DNA of 41,161 nucleotides from Toensbergia leucococca (Eukaryota): positions 1 to 41,161 of the forward strand of contig JALDZS010000201.1 in NCBI GenBank assembly GCA_022813965.1, written 5' to 3'. Position 1 is the stretch's first letter. Every line of letters starts with the position of its first letter. Below, piece by piece: positions 1-11,288 of the stretch. The position numbers and the translations under genes are program-made. The notes beneath the pieces were generated by a model, which did no database searches, was not told the origin of the DNA, and saw only the letters and a list, made by a program, of their open reading frames with translations.

Positions 1-212
1 GACGGAGTGGGAGGGTAACACGGTCCACCGGATTGAGTGTACTGCGGGTATTTGGATCTGGTGGTATGAGAGAGACATTGTCTAAAGCGCGTCGATATTG
101 TCGGGTGCTTTGAGGTGGTATTTCATGGCTAGAGCTATATGAGTATAAGAAACTTTTTCCAGAGTTGGTGCTTTTGTCTGAAGTTGAAGTCTTGGAGTCT
201 TACCGTGTACTG

Positions 213-274
213 GCAAGAAATCATTGCCGGTTTTCAGCCCTATTTCCCCATCAAAACCGGCAATGATTTCTTGC
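213..274. repeat. Perfect 22-bp inverted repeat with 18-nt spacer
   Basis: GCAAGAAATCATTGCCGGTTTT (213-234) is the exact reverse complement of AAAACCGGCAATGATTTCTTGC (253-274). Confidence 0.95.
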
Positions 275-661
275 ACCCCCTGGTGCTTAAGGTATCTAGT
301 TCTGATGACGACGTTTACCTTGGCAGCACTCACGCTTTGTGATTTTTCGTCAAAAATCGGCGTTCAATTCTTTTCCCTTGGCCCCGAACGTAGAGTAAAA
401 CTGACTGATCACGTTATGCCTGATCAGGCAATGCTTGGCTGAAGCCAGGTCAGGAACTTCAACAGCTATGCACGCCACCATACGCCGGCAGGCCATTATC
501 GGTAGGCCATTATCAGAAGCAAGTATCTACAGGTTTTGAGTGCTTAGTGCTTACAGACGCATTTGCATGGACCATAAGCAGCTCAAGAACCACCTGACCA
601 GACCACATTCCTCCATGCCTAAATAGTGCTCTCGCCTTTACCACTTTCCATATGATAAATC

Positions 662-1831
662 ATGAAGGCGCTTCTCCTCGACGCAGAATGCAGGACCGCC
701 AAAGTCAAGATTATCCCTGACCCAAGACCAGCACCCAACGAACTACTCATTCGAGTGGACTCTGTAGCGCTTAATCCCGTCGACTCTCTTTACCTGTACA
801 ACCCTCTCGCTCTAACAGGACGGGTCGTAGGCAGCGATTTTGCTGGAGTTGTGGATAAGCTAGGAGATGATGTCCCGCCAACAAGCAGATTGAAGCTTGG
901 AGATCGCGTTGCAGGCTTCCTCCAAGGCGCATGCAGTATCAACGAACGGCCAGGGGCATTCTCGGATTATCTGGTGTGTCCATGGGACCTGGTCTGGAAA
1001 GTTAGAGATAGGATGCGACTTCAAGAGGCAGCTGCTATCAATCTTTGCGGGCTAACCGCTGCGCAAGCCTTATTCTTTCGAATGAATTTGAAAGCACCTT
1101 TTCAATGGCTTGAACCTCTGGCGATGAGGGCCGGGCCGCAAAAGCATGGGCAAGAGCTACCGAGTGCCCTGACATTTTTCATCTACGGTGCTTCAACCTC
1201 CGTCGGTATGTACGCAGCTCAACTTGTTTGGCGATCTGCAGAATCTGGTCAGAGTATTATCAGGTTATTTGGTACAGCGGGTCAGAAGCATTTCAACATG
1301 CTTAAAGCCGAACCCTACGGCTATACAGACATAGTAGACTACCGTGACGATGACTGGCCTGCGAAGATTCTTAGCCTCACCCATGGAACTGGAGTAGACT
1401 ACGCCTACGATTGCATTTCCGAAGGTTCGACGGTTTCAGACACTGGTAAGACCCTGGCGCCGAGCGGTAAGATGGCAATCGTGCGCTCAAGAGAAGGCGG
1501 CGCGTGGACTGCACAGAATTTGGCGGTAGAACCCTCGTACGGAGCCGTATGGGAGGGGTTGGGCGAAGACGTCCAGTATCAAGGAATGGTCCTACCAACT
1601 TCTCAAGAAGCGCGAGCTTTTGCCGTCGCTTTCTACAAATGGCTCTCTGAAGGAGGAAAGTTGGAACCGAATCCCCTCCGCGAGATGCCAGGCGGGTTAG
1701 ACAGCATTGTTGACGACGGCTTGACGTTGCTAGGCTCTGGAACAATGAAAGATCGAGACACGAAGAGTGAGAATATTTGGATGAGACCACTGAGCGCCGA
1801 GAAGATGGTTTACAGAATTGCAGTCGAATGA
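662..1831 (+). CDS. Medium-chain dehydrogenase/reductase, enoyl-reductase-like (ToxD/LovC-like) NAD(P)H oxidoreductase
   Basis: 389-aa intronless ORF with VALNPVD, GSDFAGVV, GDRVAGF and GAFSDY motifs and the Rossmann YGASTSVG motif. Confidence 0.9.
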   Translation: MKALLLDAECRTAKVKIIPDPRPAPNELLIRVDSVALNPVDSLYLYNPLALTGRVVGSDFAGVVDKLGDDVPPTSRLKLGDRVAGFLQGACSINERPGAFSDYLVCPWDLVWKVRDRMRLQEAAAINLCGLTAAQALFFRMNLKAPFQWLEPLAMRAGPQKHGQELPSALTFFIYGASTSVGMYAAQLVWRSAESGQSIIRLFGTAGQKHFNMLKAEPYGYTDIVDYRDDDWPAKILSLTHGTGVDYAYDCISEGSTVSDTGKTLAPSGKMAIVRSREGGAWTAQNLAVEPSYGAVWEGLGEDVQYQGMVLPTSQEARAFAVAFYKWLSEGGKLEPNPLREMPGGLDSIVDDGLTLLGSGTMKDRDTKSENIWMRPLSAEKMVYRIAVE

Positions 1832-2753
1832 GAAGTGATCATTCGATGAATGCATGACGCATGTAACGATTATTGCTTCTTTATCGACGCTTAACAGCTT
1901 CATGCATGAGAGGTACTTGTCAAATACACCGAGAGAATTAGGGTGCCAATCTATTATATGGCAACGGCTTGTTGATACCAATAGATGGACACGCATCAGC
2001 ATTGGGAGTGAGCAACTTTTTACAAATATGAGCCATGATTACGCTCAAAGCAGCTTTTCAGAAGAAATAGGAACATTCAGGCCAGTTCAGATTAAAGATA
2101 GTACGGTATTTCGAATTTGCGGATATTAGTGACTACACCAGCTCCAGGGTAGTCCCATTGACTTCCAAATCAACGGGAGTGACGGCTTCTTCCTCACCTC
2201 AAACCCGTGATGATGCAGCGTACTGAGCACTTGCAAGAGGCACAGTGCTCAGGTTACGCAGAACGGTATTGTCTTGCTTTGCTATGCTCGAAAAACAGAT
2301 CAGGCCTGCTACAGGGTCACGGCAATGAGAAAGTAGTTGAGAGAGTGTAGGTAGGAGAAGATGATTCTAGGCTACCATGTGCCAGCAAAGATTGCGAAGT
2401 CACAACACCAAAGATGGCGATCATGAAGGGGGACTTTACGATTGAAGTATGCGGCATCAGAGCTGACTGAGACTATGTCTTTTGGAATTGAAAAGTCGGA
2501 ATATGTACAGGTCGTCCGTCGTCAGTCGTTAGTTGATGCAAAATTCATAAAATACCTTCGTTTTTAGAGGATATTTAGCTGTATCAAATCTTGCTTCTTT
2601 CGGTAAGCGTCGTCCATGAATTGGGGCAAGGTCTTGGGCAGGCTTCAATGCTGCAGCCTGAACAACCATCTCTTCCTCCCTGCCCTCTCTCTGCTTCCTT
2701 CTTCCTTCTTCCTTCTTCCTCGAGTTACAGAAGAATGAAAATTAGCCAGAGAC

Positions 2754-4152
2754 ATGTCAACTCATCGACCTTCCTTTCCCCGCTCTGGCTGTTGTCTCTG
2801 CGGCGTGGCCTTGAAAGTTAAGCCCAACGACAACTACACCTATCTGACCGCGGCCGATCTCGCCTGGACCTATGAAATCATCGTCTTACAGAACCGAAAC
2901 AGAACAAAATGCCATCAGGCTTGTTGGCGTCTGATGCAGCAGGAGCATCCATGGCTCAATGAGACTCTCCTCGCCAAGACTTTGGACGGCAATCATGGCT
3001 CGCTGAATTTCCCTAGAGACATGAACCCGGACTGGTGTGATCGTTTTGACGAACCGGACCACTTCAATGGACCTCTAGATCTCTGGTCAATTTGGGGATG
3101 GAACTCAGGCTTCAACCATGATGTTGATCATAAAACTGATTTCGGCTATCTCGTTCGAGATCCTTTCAATGTCTCAATGCTTCAGAATATTCTTGTTGAA
3201 TGCTATCAGACTATCGGTCCTCATGAGGAGCAGTCAGTTGGTGGTTTGCAAGTTGATCTATCCGCCAGCTTCGATGTGTTTCAGCAACTTCCTCCGGAAT
3301 TGATTTTGCGAGTCATGTCTTTTCTACCCTCGCCATCAGTTGGTGCGCTTCGACTTGCTTCGCGGACGTGTGGTATGCTATCTCTAAGGGGCTTCTGGAA
3401 GACACGGTTCTTCTATCCCCATGAGCTATGCCATATTCCTTACGCGACGCCCAACGTTGACGTAAGCGATGTTCAGTGGACAAAGATTCGTCACTCTCTA
3501 CTATATCCTTTCATCGTTCCCGATCAATTGCGGAATCGTTTTCGTATCTCTTATAATAACAAAAGGCTAGCGGGCCTGATTAAGCGGCGTCAGCAGGAAC
3601 AACGAGAATTTCAAGATTTCTCCATAGAGCCGATTGGGGAATGGACATCACGGCCCTCCATACGCGTTGAACGAACTCAAAGGACCATCGTCGATAATTA
3701 CGAAGCATTCCGACAAACGAGTAGGGTGGTTGCGAGTTTTGTCGTTCGTGACAGAGACTTTTTTGTCAGTGGTATTCGACTAGAAGCTCCAGGTTCTTCT
3801 ATTCATATTGGCACTTTCGGGTGCGATCATCATCAGGACACTCAAGCCATTGAGATCTCTCAAGGTCTGGAACTTACCGGCTTTATTCTCAATATGGAAC
3901 AATTTGGGATATCCGGGCTTCAATTATTGACGTCGGATAAGAATGGGAAGAACACTGTTCCTTCGGAACTTAAACTTGGTTCGGCCAGTCCGTACAAGAA
4001 GGAAGTCTTGCCGCCAACTGGAGCAAAGTCGGGTGTATTATGTACTCAAATCGCTGCAGTAAGTCAAGTAGCCTTACACAGTAAGGACAGACTGATGATA
4101 GCTCTAGGATGATCGCATTATCTGGCTTGAGCTGGCAGATGAGACAGCTTGA
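2754..4152 (+). CDS. F-box domain protein; exons 2754-4058 and 4108-4152
   Basis: F-box motif FQQLPPELILRVMSFLPSPSVGALRLASR and N-terminal CxxCG. Phase-0 intron 4059-4107 (GTAAGT...CTGAT...TAG), then DDRIIWLELADETA*. The 3' end may be truncated. Confidence 0.75.
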
Positions 4153-5015
4153 CATTCATGGACTGGCCAGAAATACCTCCCGTCAGCTTTAATAAGATTG
4201 AAATGGTCGTAGTAAGCAGCCGATTCCACACGACCCATGGACTTGTTTGCAAGAATGAAGAACCTCTAACCCGCCATTTTTGAATGCTGGTGTCTTGTCA
4301 GCACTTGTCATGATTATGATTCTAGTTTCGAAAATCTCCTTAGATTGAAGAAAAAATGGCAAAATCGGGGCTAGATACTGTCTGTATCGCGCCAACTCCA
4401 AGTCAACTTATTTGGGTTCTGCCCAGTATGTATCTTCGCTTCCTGTCACAGATAAAGAGATGGAACCTTGTCAATGATGTAGCACCGATTTGGCTTTTAG
4501 CTTCGGGAGATATACATTTCTCGCTGCTTGAAGATCATTCTCAAAAGCGCATGAAATCTATGAGTAACATCGAACCTGGCTCTGAATGTACCAGCTTTTG
4601 ACCTGCACCTCGAGAAATTCAAGTCCAGACCGATCTTGTCCGCGTCAATAATGAAAAGCAAAGACTGTATGTGGTTTCTCGAGAATAGTCTAGGCAGATG
4701 CTCTAGGCTCTTGAAATGTCTTCAATCATAGTTTCGCTTGTTGAGGGGCTTCATGCGAAGGACAAGTTGCTCCCTGAATACAACTCGTGCAGTGTTCCTG
4801 CTCTGAAAGCAGCGCCAATGCACAAATGTTCTCCGCAACATCAATACGACATATCAATCGACCACATTGTTTTCAGGAAAGTACCGCTACCAAGAATTGA
4901 ACCCTTCCTGGGGCTCGTCATGAAATACGCCTATCCTTGCTGAAAATTTGTGCTCTTTACATTGTACCTCACTAACAAGCAAGTTCAGACATAGTGGAGA
5001 GCTTTCAAGCTTCAG

Positions 5016-5446
5016 CTATTGTTCCTCCCGATCTCGAGTGTTGGGATTATTCCATGTCGGGTCGTTTTCCAGAGAAGATGAGACGTTGTTGCTGGCATTT
5101 GCAGCCTCGTTGGTATCTAAACGAGAGGGGAGCTCGAGGCTGCTTGCAATCTGAACTTCCAATGCTACAACAACCTATCAGCAGGAGCACGACAGATGTG
5201 TAATATAGCTAAGGGAAGCTTACAGGCTGGAGGTAGCTGTTGCGAGCGATGAGTATGCCACAAGGTATATGCTCGATGGGCTTGCCAGACAGTGAGGACA
5301 CCAACGAACACGGCGAGTAAGCCGAAGACAATATTGGTGATTGTACCGCTTGCGTCCCCCAACCGGGACGAATAAGTTGGATCAAACTTCAAGAACGACC
5401 CTTGGTGGTGTACAGCAGAGCGGAAGACTCGGGGTAAATGTGCCAT
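5016..5446 (-). CDS. Small single-pass membrane protein (~123 aa); exons 5446-5224 and 5164-5016
   Basis: ATG at 5446, hydrophobic segment ITNIVFGLLAVFVGVLTVW, phase-1 intron 5223-5165 (GTAAGC...GCTGAT...TAG); exon 2 stays open to TAG at 5016. Confidence 0.6.
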
Positions 5447-6679
5447 ACTGATGAAGACTTGTAATCACCAGTATATTGAGGTTTTGAATGAATATAGGCT
5501 CCTAGAATCAAGGCTGCTGACGAAATCTTGTTGGAAGCTCTGACAAGTGGGCTATTCGGAGGTTGCACATCGAACACTTTATAGTGAGTGGTACCCTGGA
5601 TGAAGCTTGTGTAAAAGAAAGAGGCAACAAAAATGTATCGAGCGTCATTTGAGTTGTGCCCTCAGCCTCGTGGGTAGTGGATCAGACGGATCTCTTGCGA
5701 GCCAAGCAAACGCTCGACTAGACCTACTTCTGGTGGATCATATCATCAAATGGATCATATCATCAACCCTCGAACTAGTGACAAGGTCGATCTCCCACAA
5801 AGCCTGCAATGTGCAGAACGCACCGACCTCACAGTCGACGCTGAGGCTGCAATGGAGTAGAGGGAATATCGATGCAGGTTGATTCTACCCACAGCGCTAA
5901 GATCAACCATTCCTATCTTTTGGGGGTCAAAGTTCATCCTAACAAGTCGGCAGAAGCAAAACTTTGCGCATAATGTGGATAACCTCGGCCACTGAGAATC
6001 TGGGCTATCATGCATCTAAGGCAGCAGAGCCGAACCTTTCAACTTGCTTGTTACACCTCAGCGCGTGAGATTCATGGCCACAAATGCCACATCTGTATAC
6101 GGCCATAGCGGAACCCTCGTGACAACTTTTCGGGATTAAACAATGGCAATGCATCATGCAAAAGCGACGTACTTGATGATGGCGACCAAGAATCCGGGGC
6201 CTACTTCATGTACAGACGATCTCATATCCACGCCCGCCCGTTTTTCCCCGCATCCGCGCACGAGCTTTAGGCTATGCATCATGACAGATCTGCAGTAGGG
6301 TTGGACCTTCAGCCTTGATTGCTGAATACATGGCAGTAGTGCGCTTCTTTCCAACCGAATTAAGTAGTAGAAAATCCAAGCTTCCGTGGATGCACCTACC
6401 GAGTCCACATACTGCCACGGCGCTGAGAAAAGGTCGTAGCGTCTCTTTGCGGAGAATGGGGACGTGCGACAAAAAGCGCATGGGCTTTATACATGCGCGC
6501 AGTCATGCTTGATTGTGTGCCTTACATGGCTGCCTAGGTAGTTCCAAATGTTCTGATTGCGCAAGGTTTCATCAATCCCACACCAAACCCAAAAGATAAC
6601 GGCACCCCTCACGCATCGCCTTCAACTAGGCTTCAAGGCTTTTATGAGGCTGAAACAAGGACGCGGGTCAGGAGCTGAT

Positions 6680-7690
6680 TGAAGTTAGAAAAACTGGTCC
6701 TGTTGATTTGATGCTCACTCAGATACTCTACCTACAGACCTTCTATCACATCTTGTTTCTCTTAATGTCTTGAAGATAGGTTTAACATTGTGATAACTGT
6801 GCACCCAGTCTCAAGTTGTTTTCCTGATACTTTTCTTATTGATCTCACACTTAGATTTTGCTCCTATTAATTCTACACCCCATTTTTGATAGGTTCCTAT
6901 TATTCCTACACCCCAATTCAATAATCCTACACCTCAATCTCGATAACCCTGCACCACCCCCCTCAATGCATACCTGATTAGGCAATTCTGAGGCCCGGGC
7001 GCAATGTCACGTGGGAAAAAGCGATGTTCTCACACTCAACACACCCTCATACTCCACCTCATCCTCACTATCATGCCTTTCACTCCTCCGTCAGAAGGAG
7101 AGCTGTATCCTACCTTTGTCGCCCTTAAGCTTACTGTTAAGAGACAAGCAGGATCAGAGGGATATGCGCTATTCACGGCTCAAATCAAGAAGACTAGGAT
7201 CATCATGCTTGATGTCAAAGGGTAGCTACAATGTAATAGAGAAGGGTGAGAAGAAACGCAAGAAGAAACACAAGAAGAGAGAGTGAGACTGAGGGTGAGA
7301 ATGAGAGCGAGGATGATCAAAATCTTCCCTTATAGGTCAGTAAGACCTTATATAAGTAAGGTCTTCTCATAAAGATTGAATCATAAGAAATAATGTGGGT
7401 GAGAAAGATTGATGATTTTAGTGCAATCCTCAGTCACCTCATCCCCATATACTCATCTCAACAGCCAGCCACCTCTCACTCACTGTTCAAAAAGAATCAA
7501 TCACTAATCACACACACCTCATGAGTAGTAATACTGAGGTGAAGGAAGGGGGAAAATGAAGGTGAATGAAAAGATTCTCCCTATTACTACCTTACAAATC
7601 AAAAGTCTCACTGTTCTAAAATCATGATTTAAAGCCCTCCCCTGTAGGTCAGTCATGCCTTATAGGTAGGTCATATTCCTATGTGACAGA
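6680..7690 (+). mobile_element. Degenerate Mutator-like (MULE/FAR1) transposon relic
   Basis: 7073-7250 reads MPFTPPSEGELYPTFVALKLTVKRQAGSEGYAL...KG*LQCNREG, resembling the fungal FAR1 domain pattern PPxEGxxY...AxxEGYA...LxCDRGG with an in-frame stop. Flanks are nearly CpG-free. Boundaries approximate. Confidence 0.55.
6862..6960 (+). repeat. Four degenerate short direct repeats with a CCTACACC-like core, possibly subterminal repeats of the relic
   Basis: cctattaattctacacccc / cctattattcctacacccc / ataatcctacacctc / ataaccctgcaccaccc. Confidence 0.6.
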
Positions 7691-7701
7691 TAATACGGTA
7701 C

Positions 7702-8967
7702 TCATCTCACTCCGCCCTCATCACCGTCCCTCACCTCCCCACCCCCCGCCACCCCCCTGGCCCCCTCTCCCTCCCCCTCCACCTTCCCCTCCACAACCCC
7801 CCTAACCTCCCTCTCCCTCTCCCCCGCCTCCCCGAAAACTTTCTCCCTCATCCTCCTCCCCTCCTCGCCCCCACTCCCCTCCGGCAGCACCATCCCCGTG
7901 GCAAGATACATCTCCCCAAGTACATCCACCCACTCCCAAGCCATGCGCCCATGATCCCAAAGACCCCTCTTCCCGTACCATTCCCCCACCCCGGGCAAGC
8001 CAACACAGCGCAACAGCTGCACGACCGAGAAGCTTGGCTCGTCGAGGAAAGCGGCGCAGAGATCGGAGAATCCGGCGGGGCCGGCTAGGTGCGAGGAGGC
8101 TGTTATTCCGCAGGCGAGCTCTACCCAGGTGGTAATGGCGGCGGGGTCGAGGGTGGCTTCGTGTTGGCGGAATTCGATGGTTTTGAGGGAGGTGTAGAGG
8201 AGGTTGTTGAAATTGTAGGCGTTCTGGTGGTCTAGGATGCCACTGCTCATGCAGTATCGGTCGACGATTGCTTCGATTGTGTTCAGGGACTGCAGCTCCA
8301 TGGCGATTTGCCAGGGTGGGGTCTGGTCGAAGAGCCGCCGGGGAGATTTGCAGAAGGTATTCCCCACGCGGTGCATGGGGTGCAAGGAGTTGAACTGGCG
8401 TTCGAAGAGCGTGGTTAGCGTTGCGAGGTTCTTGACCGTCGTTGTGGTGAAGCCGTGAGGGCCGTTGCCGACGTGAACGTGGAGACCGCAGGATCGGTTC
8501 ACACTTGTTCTGAAATTCGTGGTTACGATCCGAACAACGCGCTGGACGAGGATTAGTGAAGCTTGGGATAAGGGGAGTACGGGGGTTTTTAGCTCGATCC
8601 CTGTGTATGTGTATGGCTTACCGGCCTTGGCATCATCCTCGACGGGTTCCGACAAGAATGGGGCGATGCTGCCGTCTGTTGAAACGGTCCAGTTGGTATA
8701 GTCTGGCCTTGCGGTCAGAAAATCATTGACCGGAAGACCGTGGTCGCGGAGACAATCGATCATGTCCGCTCGCACGCAGGTCGCGGTACGAGCGATGATC
8801 GGCAGCGTATGCCAGGAGGATGATCGGTCATATCTTTGACTGACCAACATCAGCTTTTCTTCATAGTCAGTTGGGTCGTAGCGGACTACAAACTCTAGCT
8901 CAACCCCAAAGGCCAGGCGGAATGAGGTTGAGGAGTTTAGAGTTGCTGGTATGGCTGAGGTGGCCAT
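7702..8967 (-). CDS. Putative amidoligase (COOH-NH2 ligase, Amidoligase_2-like), copy A
   Basis: 421 aa with FGVELE, WTVSTDGSI, GIELKTP, CGLHVHVG, AYNFNNL and TIEFRQHEAT; Gly/Glu-rich C-terminal tail. Confidence 0.88.
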   Translation of the reverse strand: MATSAIPATLNSSTSFRLAFGVELEFVVRYDPTDYEEKLMLVSQRYDRSSSWHTLPIIARTATCVRADMIDCLRDHGLPVNDFLTARPDYTNWTVSTDGSIAPFLSEPVEDDAKAGKPYTYTGIELKTPVLPLSQASLILVQRVVRIVTTNFRTSVNRSCGLHVHVGNGPHGFTTTTVKNLATLTTLFERQFNSLHPMHRVGNTFCKSPRRLFDQTPPWQIAMELQSLNTIEAIVDRYCMSSGILDHQNAYNFNNLLYTSLKTIEFRQHEATLDPAAITTWVELACGITASSHLAGPAGFSDLCAAFLDEPSFSVVQLLRCVGLPGVGEWYGKRGLWDHGRMAWEWVDVLGEMYLATGMVLPEGSGGEEGRRMREKVFGEAGEREREVRGVVEGKVEGEGEGARGVAGGGEVRDGDEGGVR

Positions 8968-9444
8968 GGTTGGAGATGAAATTCTTACTGAGACTTACTG
9001 CGTGCTGTAGGAAGTTCAGTCTACCTCTCTCAAAGCCTGCCTTGAATAAATTTTTGAGGACCTGGGTAAAAGTGTGGAGAGACGACGGACAAAGAAATTA
9101 TCGAGTCTTGATTTATTTATATATTTGCGGGCCGATGGAGAAGTCAAAAGACATTGCGATGAATTGAGCATTATAGAAGACAAAGAGAGTGGTGTACAAA
9201 GGCCCTGTGTACGAGAGTGTGAATTTGTTTGGGACATTCGAAAACGCATAAGAAAGTCAGAGCTTTGTGCATTAGCAGAGAGTTGTCGGCAAGACTTGAC
9301 ACAAAGGAGAAAGAGGGGAACAATTATATTGTACACTGTTCGATTGAAAGTGGGACCAAGAGAGGGCAAGACAGAAACAGTATAAAAGGAGTGCCCTCCA
9401 CCAAAGGTTGAGGCAAAGCAAAAGCTTTCTTACGATTTATCAGG

Positions 9445-10488
9445 ATGCCTTCCAAATTCATTCAAAACGTCGTCTCTACCGTTCGCAAAGGCCTTCCTTG
9501 GCAGAAAAAGAATGAACTCAGTCTCACATTTGGCGTTGAGATTGAGTTTTACATCAAATACTTCAAGGAGGATGTAACACCTGCGATGCATAGCGCTCGT
9601 CCACTGGAAGAGACCGAGCGAGAAGACATGAAGCGACGAGGTATCCCCAGGCCCTTGAGCTGCAACAAGGCAATCCGTCATCACATAAGCGTCCTGCTGC
9701 GCCATGCGGGCATAGCGGTCAATCAGGTAGATGAACGCGGCTACGACCAATGGACAGTTGACAAAGACTGTACTATCCATTCAGATGCCGATGCTCAGGA
9801 GCCTGCGGTACCTTTAGAAGATGCTGTCGGTGTCGAGCTGATATCGCGAAAGTTGCCTTGTTGCGAAAGTAGTTTTGAGGAGATTCGACGAGTCCTGAAA
9901 ATCATCAATGGTACTTTCAAAACCGAGACCAATTCCTCAACAGGCCTACATGTTCATATCGGCAACCAGGAGAAAGGATTTCCCCTCACGTGTCTCAAAA
10001 ACCTCTGCCAGCTCGTGATCGTATTTCAACATCAGATTGAGTCCGTTCATCCTGACCATCGTATTGACAATGTATTTTGTGAAGGTCCTTCAGAGATGAG
10101 ATCACTGCATCTCCGAGAAGGCCCAAAGCGCGGGATATCTATCATCCAAGGGTGCGAAAGAGTCTGGCAGATTGTAGAAGCGATGACACCAACGCGGAAT
10201 GCCGCTTATAATCTTCTGGATCTGACGGATTCAGATGATAAAAGAACCATTGAATTCCGGCAACATGCCGGAACAATAGATTCTGAGGAGATCTTGATGT
10301 GGGCGGAATTCTTGATCGGTATGATTCATTTCTGCAAGTCTGTACCTTCTGCTGAGTTCACGGAACTGATCACATCTCAAGGTCTATCAAGTCCAGACTT
10401 CGGTTTCCTGGAACTGCTGGAAGTGATCGGAAAACAGAATCTGATCGACTACTATCGTCCAAGACTGTATCAGCGGAACAGGAAGTAA
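9445..10488 (+). CDS. Putative amidoligase, copy B
   Basis: 347 aa with FGVEIE, WTVDKDCTI, GVELISRK, TGLHVHIGN, AYNLLDL and TIEFRQHAGT; TATAAAA at ~9381 upstream. Confidence 0.88.
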   Translation: MPSKFIQNVVSTVRKGLPWQKKNELSLTFGVEIEFYIKYFKEDVTPAMHSARPLEETEREDMKRRGIPRPLSCNKAIRHHISVLLRHAGIAVNQVDERGYDQWTVDKDCTIHSDADAQEPAVPLEDAVGVELISRKLPCCESSFEEIRRVLKIINGTFKTETNSSTGLHVHIGNQEKGFPLTCLKNLCQLVIVFQHQIESVHPDHRIDNVFCEGPSEMRSLHLREGPKRGISIIQGCERVWQIVEAMTPTRNAAYNLLDLTDSDDKRTIEFRQHAGTIDSEEILMWAEFLIGMIHFCKSVPSAEFTELITSQGLSSPDFGFLELLEVIGKQNLIDYYRPRLYQRNRK

Positions 10489-11288
10489 GCTTCAGTACCT
10501 CCAATCTTACCAAGGGGATTCTGAACCAAGCGGTGGCTTCGAGTCTGGTAATGAGCATAGATGTAAGTGGTCCAGTAATGGCGAGACGAGGTTGAGGAGT
10601 AAGTAGACAACCTTCAGTCGGTGAGGGATGGAAATGAGTCATGTCTCAGATTTTCGAGTAAGCTAGATCCCTCAAGCTCATTGACCAGAGTGAAGGTAAC
10701 TGACCTAGTATTTGATAAACGTTGCCCAACAGAGATAGTAATGAACAACATAATTGTCCTTCCCCATACAAAACATTTGAACAACGTTAAGTAAGGTGCT
10801 CTAATAGGATAACGATGGAGACGTTGAAGGGATCTGCTATGACAATAAGTGACATTTAGGTCGTGGAGCTTCAACATCTCCGTCAGAACTCACTTGCCTT
10901 CTTCACCAGCGCATTCCCTTCTCTATTTCCAGATCTCGGCATCTCTCTTTCTTGACCATTTCCCACATCTGTTGGTATATATCTAATAAATATATATAAA
11001 CATATCATTGTGTGCGTAGAAACGAGTCTATCAAAATGTTCGTGTGCCAAGATTGAAAAGACGAATGGTTTTGTGGGATCAAAACAAGGGAGCGCAAATA
11101 GTAGCCAATAAGGATTGTTCAGCCGAGATCGAGGCCAAGGGCAGCGTAAGAGGAGGAGATGGAAAATGGCATAATCGAATTCTCCTGGCAGGAACGAGAG
11201 AGGCACTGACTTTCCAGACGCAGAAGTCGCATACACACCTCGGCTTTGCATTCGAAAGCCCATTCAGCCATTTCCACTCTTTATTCAC

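Noticed and set aside
1..85. 3' end of an upstream CDS (TEWEGNTVHRIECTAGIWIWWYERDIV*)
   Set aside because: Too short to support a call.
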